Virus record (IMG/VR): IMGVR_UViG_3300029319_000004
Span: 32,001-96,000 of that record
Strand: one strand, 5' to 3'
Length of the DNA stretch: 64,000 nt
From: a virus
Shown: piece by piece, positions 48,442 to 58,974 of the stretch
Layout: each line of letters begins with the position of its first letter
How positions within the stretch are numbered: position 1 is the first letter of the stretch
Notes under the pieces: generated by a model
What the model was told of the DNA's origin: nothing
Databases searched by the model: none
What the model saw: only the letters and a program-made list of their open reading frames with translations
Program-made: the position numbers and the translations under genes

Positions 48442-51400
48442 TGGCTAGTAATGTTTTAGATACTCTTGTTGGCGATATTCTACCTCATGTTCACATTAAA
48501 AAAATTATTGTTGAAGACTGGGATGGTAGTAGCCAAGCCGGCTTAAATGATGGTCCTGGCATACCATATCTTCATACAATAACTGTCCAAATGGAGCTTT
48601 ATCAGCGTAAAGATAGCTTATTAAAAAGTTCATGGCTGGCAGATATAGACTTAAACCTTGAAGAAGAAGGCGTAACTAGTCTTTTTGATTTTTTTAAATT
48701 AAATTTTGCAACTGTTCAAAGTTCTACCTCTATTAGGAAGCTAAGAAAGTCCAATCCTACTAGTGCCCTAAAATCAAATCAATCTGTATATCTACACAAA
48801 CAATCTGATATTTCTGATCAAGATTATTGGCCGGCCGCTTTTAAAGGAAGAGAGTCAGGGATGGGTGTTTCGTCGGCGTATGGTGATCCATTTGCTAGAA
48901 AATGGAGCGTTCCTGTTCATCTAGGTGCTCTTGCTGGTCTAACTCAATCAGGCTTCGATGGTAATTCTTCTGTTTTACATGATGCTAAAATTAGAGAAGA
49001 AATTTATAATGGGGATGTGTACTACGCTATACCATATCAAACTAAGTTTAACTGGCGACCAGTTATGGAATTGTCACAGGTCGCTGAATATGATGCTTCT
49101 GGAGAAAACCTGGCCGCGTCAATTAAGAAAAAAAATGAAAAACTTATTGGTGATGTGTCACGTTTAGTTACTTCCGGCGAACTATCAGCGTACAACCTTG
49201 GGTTTGTAGCATATATGTCTCTAAAGTTAGACGATGCTTTGGGCCTTCCAGCAAACTCTGTCTATAGAGATGTGGTTAATCTAGAGGGCACAATATCTAC
49301 AGAAGTTATAATGGCCAATGGTGTTCCAGTTGACACAAGAGAGGCTTTTGTTGACCCCAATGGAAAGGAGTGGTCTGGCGCTGTGCACTATCATGGCCCA
49401 GAAAACCCAGTTGAGGGATATCAAGGATACATGGTTGGACTTAAGCACCGTCCGGGAGAGAACCAGCCAAAGTTAACTGTCATAGAGAAACCTAATGTTT
49501 TAATTTCTGATATGACAGACCCAATTCAACAAAAAGTGCCAAATGAGATGTTTAGTATTGATAAGTCTGGCAATGTTGTTGTAACCGGCGAAGACTCAAC
49601 ATCAAATATTGGGCCTTCCTACGCTAATGCAAAAGAAATTTTTGATTTAATAAACGAGCCTATACAGGTTCAGTATCAAAAAAACACTGTAAAGGATATT
49701 TTTAAGAACGATAAAGATAATGATACTGAATTCTCTGGCCTGTACGTTAGTAGGGACTCTTCCAACAATGCCAGAGGAATGTTTTTCATTGATTTTAGAG
49801 AACTTTTATTAAATAATTCTCAATACATGCAATATATCAGGCCACAAATTAGAAAAAGCCTAGGTGTTGTTTCAGAGGCACTTCTTAAAAGCAGGATAAT
49901 AAATTTATCTTTGTATAGAAGAAGAATTAACCCGCATATAATGGAAAAAGGCTATAAGGCCTTTGCTGTAAACACAAGTTATGAACACCCACCAGAGCTT
50001 ATAGGGACACTTCAAGATAATGATTCTTTCAAAACTGCATTTACTTCTTATGAAAAAAGCACTACTTCTTTCAGAGAGACAAAAATAGATACGGAAAAAT
50101 CAAACTTTACAAGATATTTTGCTTTTTCTGACTCTGATATTTCGCTTTTAGGGTCAGGGTATTATCAATATGAAGTCGAGCTTGAGTTTTTTGATGGCAC
50201 TGCAATTGTAATGCAGGAATTATCAGATAATTTAAAATCACTTAAAGTTGAAATAGACGATTACGGCAGATTAGCGTCATCTTCAGAACAAAAACAGGTT
50301 GCGCAAAGCGAAACATTGCAGAAAATTAAAGGAAGCAAGAAATCTACTTCTGTTACTACTAATAAATACATGTATGTTCCGTACTATGATAATAATTACA
50401 AATCTTACAGAACGGAATTTTCTAAATTAGCTCATGAACAGTTTCAAAAAAATGGATCGCATGTTTGGACAAGAACAGCAGAGGCCATGGTTATTTATTT
50501 TACTTTATTTTCATCAAAAAAATTGTCTACAGATCTTTTAGGCCAATCTAAAGTAGGAAAGAAAATTCTTAAAATGTTAATGCCTGGTCCTGTGATAAAT
50601 GGAAGTCCGGATGAAATTGCGCTTGTCTCCAGAATATTGAACAACTCGATCAAGTCTTTAGATAAAATTTTGTATCAAAAATCGTCAAAAAAACAATATA
50701 ATTCAAATATTTTTCAAAGCATTGTTAAAACAGATGATCCAAAAAATGAATTTGACTATAAAATGCCTTCATATTCAACAATAAAAGAAAAACATAGCTA
50801 TGATCATCCAAGAGAAATAGTTAGAGCATCTCGCGCCTCATCTTTTTACGCTGATTACTTATCAACTAATAATGAACCACTTTTTTCAAGTTACTCTGGG
50901 CCTAGAGTTATTTCAAAACAAACTTTCAAAAAAAGATGTTACTTAGAGCTTTTAAAGTTTTCTCCTTTGGCGTTAAATCAATTTGCTGTGCATGGCACAG
51001 ACCCAGAATCTGCACCTTTTGGAGGAGCTATTCCAAGATTGATTCAAGGGCAGGCTAGACGAGACGCAGACAACTTCACCATGGATAATCTTTCTAAAAC
51101 TATGTTTAGCTATTTGTGTCCATCGCTCATATCTTTAGCATCTAATGTTGAAAATGAAGCTAGTTTTAATTTTAGATATTCAACTTTTGATTTAAAAGCA
51201 GAGGAAGTTCTGCTTGGTAATTTACAACCAGCCTATACTAATATAATATCAAGAAGAGGTAGAAACAACAGCTTGTTAAACACTATGCTTTTGACCATAG
51301 GAAATTATGCAAAAAATTTGCAAGATGTAAGATATGCAGAACAAGTTGATGCTTTTATAATTCCTCCCGATATCGCTCTAAGGCTCCCAGGTCCACCATC

Positions 51401-52439
51401 TCAGTCCCACAACAATCTTGTACAGTCTGAGGCTTATAAATCATTTTTTTCAAAGCATAACATCACTATTCATGACACGTCAGCCCACACTAAAATATTT
51501 GGTGATGGACTAGTCAAAGAAGGTGGTGCACTTGGATATAGCCACACTCCTTCTGTTGATGAATTTCCCCTTCGAAGTGAGTATTTTACAGATTCTGGCG
51601 TGCAGCCAAGATCGTTTTTTTCTAAAATAATCACCTCAAAAGAACAAACATACTTAAAAGTTCCAAAAGGACAAATTCAACCTTATGATTACTCTGTAAA
51701 TTTGCCAAATATTTTTAAATTTAAATATGTTAGAGATGATTTTGAATCTGCAAATATTGATGTCAAGTTTTTAAATGGCACATTTTTTAATATGTTGGCT
51801 GCGTCAAATGAAAGTCAAACTTCTGAACTTAATGCATTTAAGTTTTTTAATTTTAACATGGTTGTGAAAATAGAAAAATTGTCAGGTCATGGCCTAGCAG
51901 GCGTTGGTGCATCTGCAGCGATAGAAGAAAAATGGCAGCTTTTAACTGAGTCTGACTTAGTTGGCGAAGAAAGATTACTATGTAAAATGAGTTATTATGA
52001 TTCTTCTTTGTTATCTGGTATTGAGCTTCCTATTTTAGATCAATATTTTATTCTATCTCCTAATTCAAATGAAGAAACAGTTCCAATAATGCTGCCATCT
52101 GTGCTTCTAGGTCCCTTGGTAGACAGTACACTGGCTGATGATATTCTATATTTTGAGAGTCAAAATATTGATAAGTTAAATGAGATGATGACAATATTAG
52201 AGAAAGGAAAAACTAAAATTAGCCCCTCGTCTCTAAAGTTACCATCCTTAACCGGTCCGGTTTTGGATCAAATTAGCTCTGCAGTTGTTCCTGGACAAAC
52301 ACAAACTCCAACTGCACAAGATGTTACTCTGCCAAGCCAAACTCAGACGCCAGGTGAGGCACCCTCCTCCCCATCACCAGGAGGAACAGTTACAGGTGGC
52401 GGAGGAGGCTACGGCGGTGGAGGAGGAGGTTCATACTGA
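48441..52439 (+). CDS. large virion structural protein with P/Q/T-rich linker and Gly-rich tail
   Basis: ATG at 48441 coupled to the previous stop (TAATG); ends GGGGGYGGGGGGSY. Confidence 0.7.
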   Translation: MASNVLDTLVGDILPHVHIKKIIVEDWDGSSQAGLNDGPGIPYLHTITVQMELYQRKDSLLKSSWLADIDLNLEEEGVTSLFDFFKLNFATVQSSTSIRKLRKSNPTSALKSNQSVYLHKQSDISDQDYWPAAFKGRESGMGVSSAYGDPFARKWSVPVHLGALAGLTQSGFDGNSSVLHDAKIREEIYNGDVYYAIPYQTKFNWRPVMELSQVAEYDASGENLAASIKKKNEKLIGDVSRLVTSGELSAYNLGFVAYMSLKLDDALGLPANSVYRDVVNLEGTISTEVIMANGVPVDTREAFVDPNGKEWSGAVHYHGPENPVEGYQGYMVGLKHRPGENQPKLTVIEKPNVLISDMTDPIQQKVPNEMFSIDKSGNVVVTGEDSTSNIGPSYANAKEIFDLINEPIQVQYQKNTVKDIFKNDKDNDTEFSGLYVSRDSSNNARGMFFIDFRELLLNNSQYMQYIRPQIRKSLGVVSEALLKSRIINLSLYRRRINPHIMEKGYKAFAVNTSYEHPPELIGTLQDNDSFKTAFTSYEKSTTSFRETKIDTEKSNFTRYFAFSDSDISLLGSGYYQYEVELEFFDGTAIVMQELSDNLKSLKVEIDDYGRLASSSEQKQVAQSETLQKIKGSKKSTSVTTNKYMYVPYYDNNYKSYRTEFSKLAHEQFQKNGSHVWTRTAEAMVIYFTLFSSKKLSTDLLGQSKVGKKILKMLMPGPVINGSPDEIALVSRILNNSIKSLDKILYQKSSKKQYNSNIFQSIVKTDDPKNEFDYKMPSYSTIKEKHSYDHPREIVRASRASSFYADYLSTNNEPLFSSYSGPRVISKQTFKKRCYLELLKFSPLALNQFAVHGTDPESAPFGGAIPRLIQGQARRDADNFTMDNLSKTMFSYLCPSLISLASNVENEASFNFRYSTFDLKAEEVLLGNLQPAYTNIISRRGRNNSLLNTMLLTIGNYAKNLQDVRYAEQVDAFIIPPDIALRLPGPPSQSHNNLVQSEAYKSFFSKHNITIHDTSAHTKIFGDGLVKEGGALGYSHTPSVDEFPLRSEYFTDSGVQPRSFFSKIITSKEQTYLKVPKGQIQPYDYSVNLPNIFKFKYVRDDFESANIDVKFLNGTFFNMLAASNESQTSELNAFKFFNFNMVVKIEKLSGHGLAGVGASAAIEEKWQLLTESDLVGEERLLCKMSYYDSSLLSGIELPILDQYFILSPNSNEETVPIMLPSVLLGPLVDSTLADDILYFESQNIDKLNEMMTILEKGKTKISPSSLKLPSLTGPVLDQISSAVVPGQTQTPTAQDVTLPSQTQTPGEAPSSPSPGGTVTGGGGGYGGGGGGSY

Positions 52440-55400
52440 TGTCTGACTTAGTAGGAAAAAAGAAACTTGTTATAAATGATGAACTTTGGGGCGCCCCTGA
52501 GCAAACAGCTGGTCATGAGCCAGTTTTTGAAGATCCAAATTTTGATGTTATGGTGCAAAACTCACCAGTTGGAATGACATTTTTAGCTTATGATAGTAAT
52601 GGATTTCAAACGGAAGATAATTTAAGAATAGCATTAGGAAAAAATTGGAATACCGCCCCAGAAGACTCTAATGACGAAAATTCTCAAGTTGTTACAAAAA
52701 ATGATTGGGGTTCTTTAAAGCTTTTTTACGGACAGCCTTTAGGTATAAAATATTGTTTTGAAGGTCAGGGTCTAGATTCAGAATATCCTGGATTCTACTC
52801 TGAAGCAGGATCTCCTACAATTGCTATTGAATCGTTTTTCACAGAGGGACTTATAGCGGATCCAATTTATTTTGAGGCTATTTGGAAAGAAAAAATTGTT
52901 GTGTCTTGTTCTGTTCCAAAAGGACCAAAAGCTGATTTGGAAGATGATGCAGCAGCTAATCCAGAGCTTAACAAATTTAAAAGACCAAATTTAGAGTTAT
53001 GGTCTGGGTTTATAAAAACAGGAGTTATTTCTGATGGAAAGTATTACTTTCCAATTATTAAAAATAAGGGTAACGGACTTCAAGTTGATGTCGTGCCAGG
53101 TAGAATGTATGGCGATCACTATCATGAATCTGTTAACCCTTTTACACCAAAAGAACTGTTATCTAAACAGCCATTTGGAAAGTCTGCTTTTGCCAATGTA
53201 AGCACTTATTATAAATCAACCAGCGCTTCTACTTCAAATATGCTTTTTAGTAATTTATCATATGAAAAGTTTATTGGTCAATTGGCAGATCCATCTAACA
53301 TTGGGGTTTCAGTTTTTCCTGGCAATGTAGCTAGCTTTAATACAATTATGCCAACTCCATATGGTTTTTTAAGATTAATGACAAATAAATTTGAGGTTGA
53401 AGATCTTTATGACCTAGATGTACCATCTAGCACTCTATTTCCGCATCCTTACAAAAATGTCGGCCAGCTTTTTAAGAATTTTCCATTAGAGGCATTAACA
53501 ACATATTTTTCTAGAGTGCCTCATCAAACTTTATCAAAATTTATGAAAAGCAGTTTTAAAAATTTAGATATTTCAGCTTTCATGGATGAATATTTTATAA
53601 GATGGCAAGAAGCGCACACATCAATCAACACAAAGGGCACTCAATCAAAATCAACTCGATCTTTGTTTTTGCAGCTTTTAGATCAAAGATTGTCAAACAT
53701 CGTTATAAGCCCAGAAATGATAAAAAAATTAGATAAAGTTGAATCTATTAAGAAATATTTTCCTTTTTATTGTGAGTTAGAATTTAGTACTAGTATATTC
53801 ACTGAACTTGGAGATTTAATTAAAAAACTTTTATTTACTAAATTTTTTACTAATAAGATAGCAGAGTTTAACACAAGAGACTACTCAGATCCAAGTCAGT
53901 TGGCAACTACGCACACCCCAGCAGCGGAAGTACCCTTTTACGATCACTATACTGATGGATATTATGAGAATATATTAGCTGATGAGATGATTGGAGATCA
54001 GCAAACCGGTAAAACAGTTACTCAGTCCAACCTTCAGTTTAGTGTTGGCTCTGTTGACGGATCTGTGTCTCAAGAGGTAACCAAAAAGGTGTATGATATT
54101 GCGTCTCTTTTGAATACATATCTTGATGAAGATAACGTGGATTATTATAGGGACCCTGGAGACAACGGCACTAGTTTAGATATCCAAGATTACATTACAT
54201 ATCTTCGAAGCGACCTAGAAGAGCCAATAAATATTGATGAATACAATAATGTCTGGAAAAATGTGTTAGGTCAAATTTTAAAAGTTAAATTATTAAAAAC
54301 TTATAAAAAACATCACAGAACATATCAAGACTTGCTAGAAGGTAAGCCAGCTTATTATGAAACAATAGCTTATAAAATTGAAAAATTTGAAAAAAATCCT
54401 GAAGACGCTCCTAGCGCGTATACTCCTGTGCAAAGTTTTATTATTCCAAATACCTCTGAGTTGGATGTTTTTAAATATGTCGACACACAAGTTAGATATG
54501 GAGATACAAAAGTCTATCGATATGATGTAAATGCTATCAAAATAGTTTTTGGTTGCAACTACAGATATTCTTTTAATGATGAAGCTGATGGATTTGAGGC
54601 TGTAGATGCATCGACACCAGAAAAAGTTTTGAATCCAAACAATTATCAAGATTTATTGGCAACTCCTTTTTCTGAAGATGGAGAGCCTCAACAATATAGC
54701 GCTACTTGTGGAGTAGAGATCTATCCCAGCATTGTTATGATGGAAGATTTGTATTTTAGGACGCCTGATATTATTATATCAGATAACCCACCGATATCTC
54801 CAGATGTTAACATAGTGCCCTACAGAGCGGTTAATGATAGAATTTTAATCTTACTCAATAATATGATAGACTCCCATAGGCTACCACCAATAGAAATATT
54901 AGATTCAGATAATGATAAATTTGAGTTTAACAAAAAAGCTCAATTAACACCGGATGATAAAATTTTATTTTCATCTGATGATGCAATTAAAAAATACGAA
55001 ATATTTAGGACAGAAAAAGAGCCTTATTCATACACAGATTTTGAAAGAATCGAACAAACCTCAAAAACACACTATGTTGATCAGATTACACCAAATAAAA
55101 GATACTGGTATTGCTTTAGATCTATAGATGATCACGGCAATATATCAAACCCAACAGCTGTTTTTGAAGTTGAGCTTGTTGACGATCAGGGCGCGGTTAG
55201 ACCAATGATAAGAGTCTTTAATTTTAAAGAACCAAAGAATTCTCAGGCGATTAAGGAATGTCAAAAATATTTAATGATAAGACCTAGTTTTGAGCAAATT
55301 TACTATGATGGTGAAAAAGACCTAGATCACATGTTTAACAACAAAGATGACACAACTAAAAGAAAATTCAAAATTAGGCTTACTTCTAAATCAACTGGAA

Positions 55401-55447
55401 GAAAAATAGACTTTAACGTTGCTTTCAATAAGAAAGCAGTAACATAA
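52439..55447 (+). CDS. large virion structural protein with C-terminal FN3/Ig-like strands
   Basis: TGATG coupling; YEIFRT...YVDQITPNKRYWYCFRSIDDHGNISNPTAVFEVELV pattern. Confidence 0.7.
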   Translation: MSDLVGKKKLVINDELWGAPEQTAGHEPVFEDPNFDVMVQNSPVGMTFLAYDSNGFQTEDNLRIALGKNWNTAPEDSNDENSQVVTKNDWGSLKLFYGQPLGIKYCFEGQGLDSEYPGFYSEAGSPTIAIESFFTEGLIADPIYFEAIWKEKIVVSCSVPKGPKADLEDDAAANPELNKFKRPNLELWSGFIKTGVISDGKYYFPIIKNKGNGLQVDVVPGRMYGDHYHESVNPFTPKELLSKQPFGKSAFANVSTYYKSTSASTSNMLFSNLSYEKFIGQLADPSNIGVSVFPGNVASFNTIMPTPYGFLRLMTNKFEVEDLYDLDVPSSTLFPHPYKNVGQLFKNFPLEALTTYFSRVPHQTLSKFMKSSFKNLDISAFMDEYFIRWQEAHTSINTKGTQSKSTRSLFLQLLDQRLSNIVISPEMIKKLDKVESIKKYFPFYCELEFSTSIFTELGDLIKKLLFTKFFTNKIAEFNTRDYSDPSQLATTHTPAAEVPFYDHYTDGYYENILADEMIGDQQTGKTVTQSNLQFSVGSVDGSVSQEVTKKVYDIASLLNTYLDEDNVDYYRDPGDNGTSLDIQDYITYLRSDLEEPINIDEYNNVWKNVLGQILKVKLLKTYKKHHRTYQDLLEGKPAYYETIAYKIEKFEKNPEDAPSAYTPVQSFIIPNTSELDVFKYVDTQVRYGDTKVYRYDVNAIKIVFGCNYRYSFNDEADGFEAVDASTPEKVLNPNNYQDLLATPFSEDGEPQQYSATCGVEIYPSIVMMEDLYFRTPDIIISDNPPISPDVNIVPYRAVNDRILILLNNMIDSHRLPPIEILDSDNDKFEFNKKAQLTPDDKILFSSDDAIKKYEIFRTEKEPYSYTDFERIEQTSKTHYVDQITPNKRYWYCFRSIDDHGNISNPTAVFEVELVDDQGAVRPMIRVFNFKEPKNSQAIKECQKYLMIRPSFEQIYYDGEKDLDHMFNNKDDTTKRKFKIRLTSKSTGRKIDFNVAFNKKAVT

Positions 55448-55464
55448 AATAAATAATGATGTAT

Positions 55465-55475
55465 ACTATTTATAT
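55465..55475 (+). promoter_or_regulatory. candidate late promoter ACTATTTATAT
   Basis: Intergenic, 16 nt before the 55492 start, followed by a GAGG RBS; identical 11-mer at 60385. Confidence 0.55.
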
Positions 55476-55491
55476 TTGCGAGGAATAAACC

Positions 55492-56535
55492 ATGGCATTT
55501 TTAGACAATTCTGGAGATATTATCCTAGACGCTGTTCTAACGGACACAGGCCGCTTGCGCCTGGCGCAGGGCGACGGCAGCTTTAAGATTACAAAGTTTG
55601 CTTTAGGAGATGACGAGATAAATTATGGACTTTACAACAAAAATCATCCATCAGGCAGCGCATACTATGATTTAGAAATTTTACAAACACCAGTTTTAGA
55701 AGCTTTTACTAACAATACTTCAAATCTTAATTCAAAGCTAATGTCTATCTCAAGAACAAATCTTCTTTTTATGCCTGTCTTGAGACTTAATAAAACAGAT
55801 AAAACTGCTGGACCAAATTCAAGATCTACTTTAATGTATGATCGTAGCAATAGCGATGGTTCTGTTGCTGCTGGCTCATCTTTCAAAACAAAGTTTGTTG
55901 TTGCAGTTGATGAGACAACCTTCAATATTTTTAATACAGGGTCGGTATCTGTTCAGGGCGTTATTCAAGGATATCAAAGCACAGGATCTCTAGTTGGTGG
56001 TCAAGTAAGAGTCGACCAGGGGATGTCAACTTCACAAATATCCCCAGCTTCTGGGCTGGACTCTGATCTTCTTGAAACTCAGTTTATTTTAGAGCTTGAT
56101 TATCGCCTAGGCCGACTAGCAAGGCCTAATGCTCAGACTGTTCAAAATGTAAACTTTATCGATGATGATAGCATTGCTTCATATTATGTCGCTGGCACCA
56201 ATTTTGTTAGCCCAATCAATAATACTGATTCGGTTGCTAGCGCTTCTGCGCAGGACCCACAAGTTTTTGATGGCCCTCGTGGAAATGCTCTTATGTTTAG
56301 GCTTCAAGCATCAACAGAGCTACAATATTCTACATATTTGTTCACTCAAATAGGAAAAACTTTATCCAATAGTAACGTTGGTAATAATGTCTTTGGTATT
56401 TCACAAACAGATATCACTAATAGTCCCGCTGGCGCAAATGCATCATTATACTACATTGATTCTACTGTTCGTGTTGTAGGTGCGAATACTGGCTTTAGGC
56501 TTGATATCCCCGTAAGGTACGTTAAAATTCAATAG
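55492..56535 (+). CDS. baseplate/tail-collar-like structural protein
   Basis: DAVLTDTGRLRLAQGDGSFKITKFALGDDEINY resembles tail-collar fibre (DUF3751-like) N-termini. Confidence 0.65.
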   Translation: MAFLDNSGDIILDAVLTDTGRLRLAQGDGSFKITKFALGDDEINYGLYNKNHPSGSAYYDLEILQTPVLEAFTNNTSNLNSKLMSISRTNLLFMPVLRLNKTDKTAGPNSRSTLMYDRSNSDGSVAAGSSFKTKFVVAVDETTFNIFNTGSVSVQGVIQGYQSTGSLVGGQVRVDQGMSTSQISPASGLDSDLLETQFILELDYRLGRLARPNAQTVQNVNFIDDDSIASYYVAGTNFVSPINNTDSVASASAQDPQVFDGPRGNALMFRLQASTELQYSTYLFTQIGKTLSNSNVGNNVFGISQTDITNSPAGANASLYYIDSTVRVVGANTGFRLDIPVRYVKIQ

Positions 56536-56546
56536 GAAAAACAATC

Positions 56547-57731
56547 ATGGCAAGCACTTTTAAAACTTTACTAAACGATGATGTGGTCAGCACACGCACT
56601 CTTCTTCACGAGGCAATCCCAATTACAGGTACAATTGTTAGTGGGACAACCTATAATACAGCGCAGATTAAAACTTATACACACGGTATGTTTGAGTCGA
56701 CGTTTGATTATCCTTATTTAAGCTCATCAGCTAATCATATTTTTGATCTTACTTTTGGACATCATGAAAGTGTTTACAGCGATTTAGAGACAGCTAAAGC
56801 CGCCGGTACCGCCACGCCTTATCAAAACCAGAAAAAGCGAGACATTTATAATCAATTTGCACAGGTTTTGATGGGGTATGACGAGTCTGGCTCTATCCGG
56901 CACTTTGACTCTGATGGCACTCTTGACGATGGAACAACTGGAAGAATGACAGAGTGCTTTTTCTTGTCTTTTTCTCGCTTGCTTGTGAAAGATGAGATCA
57001 AAAAGAACAGCTTCAGACTTCAGTATCGCCCTAGCGGAACAGTGGATAACCTTGTTTCACAAAAAGCCGCGGATAATTTTGTAGCTCCAGAAAGCACAAC
57101 AGCCACTCTTGGTGACTACGCATCTGCAAATGAGTATTATACTTCGCCAGCTGGCGATTATGGCTTGATCTTTACAAGCAGTGCGACAGCGCACGTAGAA
57201 GATCCTGCAAATAGCGTCGGGATTGTTTTTTATCAAGCCGGCGTTGTTGTATTATCTTCTTCTATATTTAGTGGAGGGGAGACAACTGCAAATGGCGCTC
57301 TTTCGTTTGGCTATAGCGGATCCGAAGGAGCTGCCAATAGCTGGGGCGAAGCTGATATTGGTTCTGGCGCCGACGCAGCAAAAGCCGATGGTGTGCAACA
57401 TTGTATCGTATCAGGCTCTATTGAAAACGCAGCTCAGGGTTTTAGAAACAGATGGGTTGATTGTGACTTCAACAACACAATTGAGCTTAACTCTACCATT
57501 TATTTCGCTAGAATTAACCATAATGAGTTTAATTATAGCGCAAATCCGACTTATGTAAGCGGAAGCAAGCTAGTAGTTAAGAACAACGTTAATGATCTTC
57601 CTGTCACATATATCACAACAGTTGGGCTATACTCACCAGACAACGAATTATTGGCATGTGCCAAGCTATCAGAGCCGATCCGAAAGGATCCAAACACGGA
57701 GTTGACGCTGAGGGTCAGATTAGATTACTAG
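56547..57731 (+). CDS. baseplate wedge/tail-collar-like structural protein
   Basis: C-terminal FNYSANPTY...TYITTVGLYSPDNELLACAKLSEPIRK. Confidence 0.65.
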   Translation: MASTFKTLLNDDVVSTRTLLHEAIPITGTIVSGTTYNTAQIKTYTHGMFESTFDYPYLSSSANHIFDLTFGHHESVYSDLETAKAAGTATPYQNQKKRDIYNQFAQVLMGYDESGSIRHFDSDGTLDDGTTGRMTECFFLSFSRLLVKDEIKKNSFRLQYRPSGTVDNLVSQKAADNFVAPESTTATLGDYASANEYYTSPAGDYGLIFTSSATAHVEDPANSVGIVFYQAGVVVLSSSIFSGGETTANGALSFGYSGSEGAANSWGEADIGSGADAAKADGVQHCIVSGSIENAAQGFRNRWVDCDFNNTIELNSTIYFARINHNEFNYSANPTYVSGSKLVVKNNVNDLPVTYITTVGLYSPDNELLACAKLSEPIRKDPNTELTLRVRLDY

Positions 57732-57744
57732 GAGGCGATAAAAG

Positions 57745-58962
57745 ATGCCATTAAAGCCTCAATATGGTAATTTTTTTGAATTTGATGAAAATGACCTTAT
57801 TATTAACAGGATAGAAGCCTTTCCAAAGGTTGAATTCTTTGTGCATAGCAACGTTGTTTACTTTAATAACGAGAATAACAACGCTTCTAACCCTAATGTT
57901 CCTAATGGACACCTTAGTTTATACGACTACAACGTCAATAGAGATTCAAACGCGGCAAATGGGCAACTAATCCACCCATTTGTAACTAAAATTGGCGCTG
58001 GAACAAGCTTGGGGACTGTTACAACGTCAAATTATGTCTTTGATTTCGACGTCGGAGACAAAATAACTGGTTCTTACCCAATGACTGCCTCTATTTCGAT
58101 TGATAGATTAGGCACAAAAGCAATGTGGTCGACTTTAACAGAGTCAGCAGACGGTAAAAAGCAGTATTATATACCTGCTCTAAAGAATCACCTCAATTAT
58201 TATACGAAACTTAGCCCTCATTACGAGTATTCTTCCTCCCAGCACGGAGATTTAAATGATAAGTACGTAAATCTGATTAGTATTCCAAGTATCTTCTATG
58301 GTTCAGAGATTAAAAAGGGTACAGTAACCCTCAAGTACTTTGTGTCTGGAACTCTCATAGGAGAGGCATCAGATATTAACAAAAACGGCGAGTTAATTCA
58401 CACAACTGGCAGTGAGGGTGCCGTTACTACAGGATCTGTGGTCGGAGTCGTGTTATATAACGAAGGTTTTATACTTTTGAAGTCAAATGACTCAATTGCA
58501 AGTCACACAGAGAGATATGATGGTCCAACCGATGGTGTGGAGCCAGCTGTGGCTAACGCTTCATGGTTTAACTTTGGTGCTACCGGATCAACGGCGGGGG
58601 CGCCTTCATCGAGCTTCTCGATCCACCTAAGCGGAACTTCACATATAGATACAATGACAATGTTTGCTCATGCATCCGAAAATAAGTTAAATTTTTCAAA
58701 TAATCCAACTTATCTTACGTCAGCAGTTAAACAGGTAGTTACAGGAAGCGACCATTATGTGGAAAGCGCAGGAACTGCGATTAAAAACATAGTTTCTAGT
58801 TCTTATGCTGCTCATAGCGCTACTTTTGAGCCAACAACGTATATATCAAAAATTGGTATATATGATCAGAACAAAAATCTAATTGCAATTGCATCATTAG
58901 CTAAGCCGATGCGAAAAAGAGAAAAAGATAGCTATACCTTTAAACTAAAGCTTGATATTTGA
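57745..58962 (+). CDS. structural protein paralogous to 56547-57731
   Basis: GVVLYNEGFILL and LNFSNNPTY...TYISKIGIYDQNKNLIAIASLAKPMRK. Confidence 0.65.
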   Translation: MPLKPQYGNFFEFDENDLIINRIEAFPKVEFFVHSNVVYFNNENNNASNPNVPNGHLSLYDYNVNRDSNAANGQLIHPFVTKIGAGTSLGTVTTSNYVFDFDVGDKITGSYPMTASISIDRLGTKAMWSTLTESADGKKQYYIPALKNHLNYYTKLSPHYEYSSSQHGDLNDKYVNLISIPSIFYGSEIKKGTVTLKYFVSGTLIGEASDINKNGELIHTTGSEGAVTTGSVVGVVLYNEGFILLKSNDSIASHTERYDGPTDGVEPAVANASWFNFGATGSTAGAPSSSFSIHLSGTSHIDTMTMFAHASENKLNFSNNPTYLTSAVKQVVTGSDHYVESAGTAIKNIVSSSYAAHSATFEPTTYISKIGIYDQNKNLIAIASLAKPMRKREKDSYTFKLKLDI

Positions 58963-58968
58963 TATAAT
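58939..58968 (+). promoter_or_regulatory. sigma70-type promoter with extended -10 (TTTAAA-N18-TATAAT; TGnTATAAT)
   Basis: TGATATAAT at 58960-58968; the ATG of the RuvC-like gene follows 6 nt later, implying a near-leaderless mRNA. Confidence 0.55.
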
Positions 58969-58974
58969 TGTGGC

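Noticed and set aside
10477-58962. Extracellular contractile injection system or prophage-derived tailocin
   Set aside because: The flanking primase, resolvase, Mre11-Rad50, sigma factor and tRNA-like gene, with no host housekeeping genes or integrase, fit a replicating lytic phage.
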